Shown piece after piece: positions 1-5,517 of a stretch of DNA of 5,517 nt. The notes beneath the pieces are model-generated. The model ran no database searches. It was given only the letters and a program-made list of their open reading frames with translations, and was not told where the DNA came from. How positions within the stretch are numbered: position 1 is the first letter of the stretch; each line of letters starts with the position of its first letter. The DNA is from Oopsacas minuta (taxonomy: Eukaryota; Animalia; Porifera), in assembly GCA_024704765.1 (NCBI GenBank), contig JAKMXF010000201.1:1-5517 (forward strand). The letters run 5' to 3'. The position numbers were made by a program, and so were the translations under genes.

Positions 1-28
1 TCCAGATAGACCTTATATCCTAAGTCAA

Positions 29-2710
29 ATGGATCAAAATGAGACCCGCTATTATTATATACATTTCTATACTCTAATATTAAAGGAATATTGGAACAAC
101 ATTTGTGCGATATGTCTTCGAATAGGTGACAAGTATTTCAATAATTTTCGAACTTCTATTGTGCAATTTCATAAAATCAGTGAAGTGGAATTACGATCTG
201 GTACATTTGTAATAATTGAAGGCACTCTAAGATTCCCAATATCTGCTATTCATCAATCTGAAATCTGCTTTACATACAAATATTATTTGTATTTACAAGA
301 TGGACAAGGAAATTACGAGAATTTACATCATCATAGTGATGTAAATCGATATTTTAACCTGAAGTTTAATGATAAGGAGCGAAAAGAACGAATAGTTGGT
401 CACTCACATCAACACTATGATATCATGATACTTCCAGATACTCGAAAAAAAGAATCTTCATCTCTTTGGTCGAATATCGTGAGCACTGTTTCCTACTACA
501 CCACATCCAAGGGAGGGGATATTCCCTTCTATAATATTAATGAAAGAAAACTAATATCGCTCCAAGTATTATTACCAAAATACCATCAATTGGGTCACTT
601 AATGCCATGTACTTTATTGGAAGATTTCATTTCCAAATTTATCATTGAAATTGATAAATTTGTCTACTTCTATGTCCAAGATACCCGGGGACAACATGAT
701 CCCTTTATTTGGAATAGCTATGACAATCAAAACAATACATCAAAATTACCTGAAGAATGGATAATCGCCACTTCCATGCCTGATAATTATAATACAATGG
801 ATCCGATATCTATCATCCACTTGTTCTACTCTGCTTGCTATCTTTTGGAATATTATAACATCGATAATGATATTGTTATTGCCAATCTGATTAATATGAT
901 CGAATATTCAATAAAAAACATTTTAATGACAGAGAGCTATATTTATAACCACAGCATTTCTTTCAAGAAAGAATTTCGAGATAATCTTCTATCCTCTATT
1001 CGCGACTTTATATTTTATAAAATTAACAGAAGTAAATATAGCCATAGATTTTTCCCACTGGTTCTCATTTACCATAAAATTTATACTTCTCAAGAATATG
1101 ATGTATTACATGAATATTTATCCTATAATAAAAGTGAGTATTGGGGATTTCCTAAAGAAGAAACGTTATGCTGTAAAAGTGAACTCCCATTTGATTCTTG
1201 TAAACCTATCCTTGGATTAGCAAAGTATGATAAACTACTTCCATACAGTATAGTGATATATACACTCAATGTGAAAAATGCAAGTCGTATTTGCCAGCAC
1301 TTTTTTAATGATACTCAAAACTGTCCTTTATCTGCTATAATGAGTGCATTGTTGGTCCGTTTATTTCATTCAAGTAAAAAGAATGTGAACAATAGTGGTG
1401 TAAAATATGATGAAAAGTTGGTTACAGAGGTTCTGAAATCCCTCCATGATGGTTTTTTGAATGATGAACTTAAATTAGAGACGAAAGATATCAACCGTTT
1501 GATCAGATTAACCTTGGTTCTCACTGACAATCTCCCATGTAATTATTTTAATGAAGAACAATTTCAACTCTGCTTGCAACTACTTTCTCGAGCTATATCA
1601 TACTGGGATAATCATCAACCTAATACACCTCAAATTAACCTTCAAAATATTTTTGGATATTTCATTCCAAATTGGTATTATCATCATTACCATGGAAAAA
1701 CTAAACAGTTTTTCTCCAATCTTCTTTCTGAGATCAAGTTTTGGGAGCAGATACTCTTCAATATTCAATTTCCCAATTATTACAAATTCGATTCGATTGT
1801 TGAGGAGTTATTAACTAAAAGATTTAGTGACCAGAACATTCCACAACAATTCATTATAGATCTTTTCATTAATCTTCACAATGTTAATAGCCAGTCATCT
1901 CTCTTACAAGACATATTTCTTAAAGAACTTACATCACGACTACAAGTCAAATCTGCTGACAGATCTAATTGTATCAAACAATTATCACAACGATTGACAG
2001 ATCCTAGCCAACTTCCCAAACTAAATACAATTTTTAGTAAGATTTTACTTGACGAAGAAAGAGGGTTTAATGAAAATCCAATAAAGCACTTTGTTAATTG
2101 GAATTCATGGGATACTTATTTTAGACTGCTTGATTCCGAAAATATTCATCAAATACTCTCCCCACAAGCAAAAGATCAGCTCTATATGGCTTCAAAACAA
2201 CTTTGTACAGTAATTGAACAAATTACAAAACTTACAATAACTGGTGAAGATCTGGCAAAAATACACGACAATTCCCAGCGTTTCTTTGATCTTCTCTATA
2301 TTGTTAAAAATTCTAAACCTCTTATCCCACAATTTTCAATGGCAGATGACATCAAAGCTAAAATCGATCAATGTCTGGAAATAAATAAGTGGATTCTAGA
2401 ACAGCAAAAATTTCTCAGATTATTTAATGATTTCCTGGAAGAATTACGAAATATTCACCATGAAAATATATCTACATTTTTATGTCAAGACCTACGAAAG
2501 GAAAGCATAAACAGTATTTGTATTAGGAAAGAAAATGGGCACTCATTTGCATATTCAGATGAAATTAATGCAATTATTGAGTTTCCGTCATTTCCGTCTA
2601 TTTGCCAAATTTGTACCAAACTATCAAAATCTAGAATAATTATTGGATATTTAACAATAACGAGTTTATTAGTGAGAACAGAGATATACAAGATGGTCCG
2701 TATAAAATGA
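29..2710 (+). CDS. RNF213: N-terminal part of RNF213-like protein (CBM20-like domain + helical stalk), 893 aa as given; the last ~20 aa are probably out-of-frame read-through
   Basis: Long ORF. N-terminal FTYKYYLY..YENLH..VNRYF..HQHYDIM resembles human RNF213 IPYKYVIY..YEFIY..VNRCL..HQYYDIV (recalled). Near its end, LTITGEDLAKIHDNSQRFFDL and QDLRKESIN resemble stalk motifs GTILVGQLELIIKHKNQFLDI and QDLSSKRLN (recalled). The frame is also open from position 2 to 28 (PDRPYILSQ), so the true start may lie upstream of the window. Confidence 0.85.
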   Translation: MDQNETRYYYIHFYTLILKEYWNNICAICLRIGDKYFNNFRTSIVQFHKISEVELRSGTFVIIEGTLRFPISAIHQSEICFTYKYYLYLQDGQGNYENLHHHSDVNRYFNLKFNDKERKERIVGHSHQHYDIMILPDTRKKESSSLWSNIVSTVSYYTTSKGGDIPFYNINERKLISLQVLLPKYHQLGHLMPCTLLEDFISKFIIEIDKFVYFYVQDTRGQHDPFIWNSYDNQNNTSKLPEEWIIATSMPDNYNTMDPISIIHLFYSACYLLEYYNIDNDIVIANLINMIEYSIKNILMTESYIYNHSISFKKEFRDNLLSSIRDFIFYKINRSKYSHRFFPLVLIYHKIYTSQEYDVLHEYLSYNKSEYWGFPKEETLCCKSELPFDSCKPILGLAKYDKLLPYSIVIYTLNVKNASRICQHFFNDTQNCPLSAIMSALLVRLFHSSKKNVNNSGVKYDEKLVTEVLKSLHDGFLNDELKLETKDINRLIRLTLVLTDNLPCNYFNEEQFQLCLQLLSRAISYWDNHQPNTPQINLQNIFGYFIPNWYYHHYHGKTKQFFSNLLSEIKFWEQILFNIQFPNYYKFDSIVEELLTKRFSDQNIPQQFIIDLFINLHNVNSQSSLLQDIFLKELTSRLQVKSADRSNCIKQLSQRLTDPSQLPKLNTIFSKILLDEERGFNENPIKHFVNWNSWDTYFRLLDSENIHQILSPQAKDQLYMASKQLCTVIEQITKLTITGEDLAKIHDNSQRFFDLLYIVKNSKPLIPQFSMADDIKAKIDQCLEINKWILEQQKFLRLFNDFLEELRNIHHENISTFLCQDLRKESINSICIRKENGHSFAYSDEINAIIEFPSFPSICQICTKLSKSRIIIGYLTITSLLVRTEIYKMVRIK
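50..430 (+). other. CBM20-like (carbohydrate-binding-module-like) beta-rich N-terminal domain of RNF213
   Basis: Alternating hydrophobic strand pattern (YYYIHFYTLI, ICLRIG, FVIIEGTLRF), YKY at 275-283, VNR, and HQHYD at 407-421. These match the recalled RNF213 CBM20-like region. Boundaries are approximate. Confidence 0.7.
2582..2599 (+). repeat. 9-bp imperfect tandem repeat (tttccgtca/tttccgtct; FPS-FPS)
   Basis: Read directly from the sequence; in-frame. Confidence 0.7.
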
Positions 2711-5517
2711 ATATATTCTATGAAGAAATTTGGATACCTGCAATGAAATTTTCTGAAAATACTTTACACGAATTAATCAATCAAACTATATTGATATCTA
2801 AAATGTGCAAATATTTCACATCTACTGATACTATTGAGGATATTATGAAGGAGTTGATTGCGCTGAACAATGGATGGAATCAAAGTGATATTCAAGTTAA
2901 CAATTTCCTCATGCCCTGTGCAGAGAAAATTAGGCAATATTTCGATCTTCAGCAATGCTCTGATGGCGCTAGAATCATAATTCAGCTTAAAAATGCATTC
3001 TCTATTCGAGGAAATTTTGAAATGGTAGAGGGTTTGGGAAACATAAAACTTACATTTCAATCCAAGGAACTGAGTAGTGTAGATTCAAAAGTCAGCGATA
3101 CAGCTAGATACCTCTCTAGTTTAACTAACTCCAATCTTGAAGTTATTAAAGCTATAATTGATAAAATTGAGTTCATCAAGTGGATACAAACAAATTTGAA
3201 AGATATTAATGAACTGAAAACTTTCATTGATATATCCTTAACAACCTGTGGAGGAAATCCAGTGGATGTAGACAGGATAACTTGTCTCAGTTCCGTATGT
3301 ACTAATTTTGCTCCTCTCATATTTCAAGTCGATGAAAACACCAGCTACGAGACTCTAATTGATAGATGTAAACAAGTAATTGAGAGTGTAGAGAGGAACA
3401 AAGAGCTAACTGAACTGCTCAGACAGGTGGGTGAGAATGTTACTTTGTGGGAAGAAATGAAACAATCTCATGGATCAGTTGAAGAGACAACACTAGTGCA
3501 GTTAGATAGCATTATCAAATCTGGAGTGTTGTGTTTGAAGGTTGGAGATTCACTCAATGTCTCTGATGTAGTGAGTTTAAGTGTAGACAGAGAGAATGAT
3601 GAGAAAAGAATTTACACTCTCGAACAGTTGAGAGAGTTTCGTAGCAAACTTATGCTAGTAGTTAGCAAATTTGAACAACCAAGAGCCAATGTCAATACGA
3701 ATAGTTATGAGAATTCCCAACTATTTACTCATAAATTAGACACCATTACTGAGATTGCAACTATTGTAATCAAATTAGCAGAAAGTGGTCACCAGAGCTA
3801 CATAAACTACAAACTAACTTCAAATTTTAGTGAGGATAGGGAAATACTAATGGGACTTGAGAATCATGTCAAAGGCTTAATTGGAAAATGGAAACTGAAA
3901 GTTGAAGAAGCTCGTGTTACACATTATTATTTGAATTACTACACCATAGCCCAGATTGTATCTCTCCAAATGGGAGTTAACTCTTTTATTGCAGATAGAG
4001 AAGATAGAGAATTAGAACAGCTTTATCATTTGTTGAGACTTCTTAATCCTGAAGTTACTAAAGAGGATATACAACAAGCATTGGAACCATCTAAAATTAG
4101 TCATTTACACAATTCAATCAGTAGAACCAACTCTATTAAAGCTTGTCAGGACCATGCTAGACAATCATTATTCGAAACCATGCAATTATCTGAATCATTT
4201 TGTAACAAACCAAAACTTTCATCCAAATCAATGAATGTAATAAGAAGTGAAACATTGTTTCCGAATAGTTTTGGAATGACAGAGATAGAACTTGCTAAAA
4301 GTGTGAGTGAAACAGCTGAATACGATTTAAAACTGACCATAAAGGGTATTGTTGAGATTCAAAAGGTGGAGATTGTTACGGAAAATTCTTTGGTAGAATG
4401 GTGTATGCAACATGAGGATGATGTCGATTCAGAGTCAAATAATGACGAATCATTATTTGAGTCAGAAATTGTATCACCTACTCATACAATCGTCTCACCT
4501 TCATGTATCACTGAGACACTATCAAATTCAGATTTGTCTTCTCCTGAACAAACATCAGACTTTTATCAATTAGGAAATTTCCTTGAAGAGATTTTTAGAT
4601 CATGTGGAACTAAAATGAGAGCTGAGAGACAATTACCCTATAACTTGAAACCAGGAACTCCAAATCTAGTAGTGATACCTTCACAAATGATCTTAGAATT
4701 CGTTCTTTCTCTTTACATGAGTGATAACGATAAATTACCCTTACCTTACTATCATGAAATATTGATATGTACTGCTCAGACCAAAATTGAAGAGATAGAT
4801 ATTTTTTGGAGACGAGCCATGATTAATGCTGATAAGAATTACATGTATATATTTTGTTTGGTTAATGTTGAAAGTTTGAACTACGAAGTAGCAGTTCTTG
4901 CTGTTTCTAAATTTAAGATTAAATTGCAAGAGTATGATAATCGGCGAAGCAAGGAAAATGAAACTTATTTGTACAAACTTGTATTGGTCTGTTCAGAAGA
5001 AAAAGAAGCATATTCATATGTAGCTTCTGCATTTGAAGATTCAAAGATACCAATTCTTCATCAAATCAAACCTGAAGAAATACAAAATTACTTGTATCGA
5101 AGACTTACTGCCATCCACCGTCGTACTACACTTAATAAGGGAGAATCAGCTTGGGAGGTTGATGAAAAGAAATCTAGAGTTAGATTTGTAGTATCAGATA
5201 GTGTAGGAGCAGGTAAATCTTTGAAAATTCAAAAGATTCAGTCAGATATATTGACGCATGATATAGTCCGTGAGGATGAGATAGAACAAGCAGCTGTCAC
5301 TGTAGCAATTCATGGGAAGCAAGCTTCGGAGGAACATCTAGCTGAACAGCTACTGAGTAGGAACATTTGTGGAATGGAACATGGAGTAATGTTCCATGTA
5401 GATATTGCTTCTACCGTTCAGTGGGGTCTAGAACCAATACTCTTTAAGTTACTTGTATTAGGTGGTATCAGCAAGAGTACAGGTGAGTTCTGGCACTGTA
5501 GACACAAAGATTACTAT
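2635..5517 (+). CDS. RNF213: Continuation of RNF213-like protein (stalk C-half, AAA1, start of AAA2); open to the window end, 961 codons, absent from the ORF track
   Basis: Manual translation of frame 1 after TAG 2632-2634 shows no stop to 5517: NNYWIFNNNEF..IFYEEIWIPAM..KIRQYFDLQQCSDGARIIIQLKNAFSIRGNF..FIKWIQTNLKDINELKTFIDIS..GNPVDVDRITCL..SHGSVEETTL..YTLEQLREFRSKLML..WKLKVEEARVTHYYLNYYT..LGNFLEEI..PGTPNLVV..VSDSVGAGKS..FHVDIASTVQ..LFKLLVLG..GEFWHCRHKDYY. The first in-frame ATG is at 2707. Confidence 0.92.
3994..4011 (+). repeat. 9-bp perfect tandem repeat (gatagagaa x2; DRE-DRE)
   Basis: Read directly from the sequence; in-frame. Confidence 0.8.
4561..5100 (+). other. RNF213 AAA1-equivalent (degenerate AAA+ unit)
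   Basis: LGNFLEEI, PGTPNLVV (4651-4674), LSLYM, LPLPYYHEILIC (4735-4770), EEIDIFWRRA, IFCLVNVESLNYEVA, YKLVLVC, SYVASAF and EEIQNYL parallel recalled human GQPNLVVC, LPTYDEVLLCT, EEVALLLRRC, YSLLFADQLSYEVA, YQLVMVC, CYLPSAF and EAIQAYL. No Walker A is visible in this unit. Confidence 0.75.
5194..5220 (+). other. Walker A / P-loop (SDSVGAGKS) of the AAA2-equivalent unit
   Basis: The beta strand VRFVV precedes SDSVGAGKS, which corresponds to recalled human VGIVASERAGVGKS. A Walker-B-position strand VMFHVD-I follows at 5386-5406. Confidence 0.85.

Larger units (their letters stand above)
29..5517 (+). pseudogene. RNF213: RNF213/mysterin-like giant AAA+ ATPase-E3 ligase gene, 3'-partial, interrupted by one frameshift (pseudogene/null allele or sequencing error)
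   Basis: Two consecutive long + frames (29..2710 in frame 2; 2635..>5517 in frame 1) carry RNF213-like motifs in colinear order: YKY..VNR..HQHYD, QDLRKESIN, INELKTFIDISLTTCGGNPVDVDRITCL, SHGSVE, HYYLNYYT, PGTPNLVV, LPLPYYHEILIC, SDSVGAGKS, MFHVD, LFKLLVL. Joined length is about 1,830 codons. The family identity is high confidence; pseudogene versus assembly error is unresolved. Confidence 0.6.

Noticed and set aside
1551-1814. 87-aa + strand ORF
   Set aside because: It is an alternate frame nested in the 893-aa CDS with no recognisable motif; ORFs this size are expected by chance.
2613-2683. Small GT-AG intron that would fix the frame (71 nt)
   Set aside because: The donor (GTACCA) is weak, there is no polypyrimidine tract, and splicing would delete the region matching the conserved SxIF..W stalk motif.
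2635-2707. Programmed -1 ribosomal frameshift
   Set aside because: There is no canonical X XXY YYZ slippery heptamer in the permitted interval (closest is T TTA ACA at 2650-2656), and no obvious downstream stem-loop in this AT-rich stretch.
2485-3320. Minus-strand ORFs 2485..2691, 2773..3060 and 3057..3320
   Set aside because: They are antisense to clearly RNF213-homologous coding sequence and have no motifs; they are shadow ORFs.
4146-4929. Minus-strand ORFs 4146..4340 and 4741..4929
   Set aside because: They are short and antisense to the linker and the conserved AAA1 region of the main gene.
5480-5488. Perfect-looking splice donor CAG|GTGAGT near the window end
   Set aside because: The in-frame sequence beyond it (GEFWHCRHKDYY) matches recalled human GKMWLRNPCHLY, so it appears to remain coding. 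It cannot be fully excluded without RNA data.
1-5517. Bacterial or phage origin suggested by AT-richness and lack of introns
   Set aside because: The motifs match the animal-type RNF213 stalk and AAA region throughout; there is no convincing RBS, operon structure, terminator or mobile-element hallmark.

Overview
The whole window is the 5' ~5.5 kb of one AT-rich, apparently intron-free eukaryotic (probably animal) gene of the RNF213/mysterin family of giant AAA+ ATPase / E3 ubiquitin ligases, on the + strand. It is split by a single frameshift near 2635-2655. The listed ORF 29..2710 holds a CBM20-like N-terminal domain and the first part of the helical stalk. A second open frame that the ORF track missed runs from 2635 to the window end (961 codons, no stop). 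It holds the rest of the stalk, a lineage-specific insertion with a possible UBA-like motif, AAA1 and the start of AAA2 (Walker A SDSVGAGKS). The remaining AAA units and the E3 module would lie downstream. The family call rests on my manual translation compared with my recollection of human RNF213 motifs, not on a computed alignment. The small ORFs in the track are shadows. I found no RNA genes, mobile elements or CRISPR arrays.
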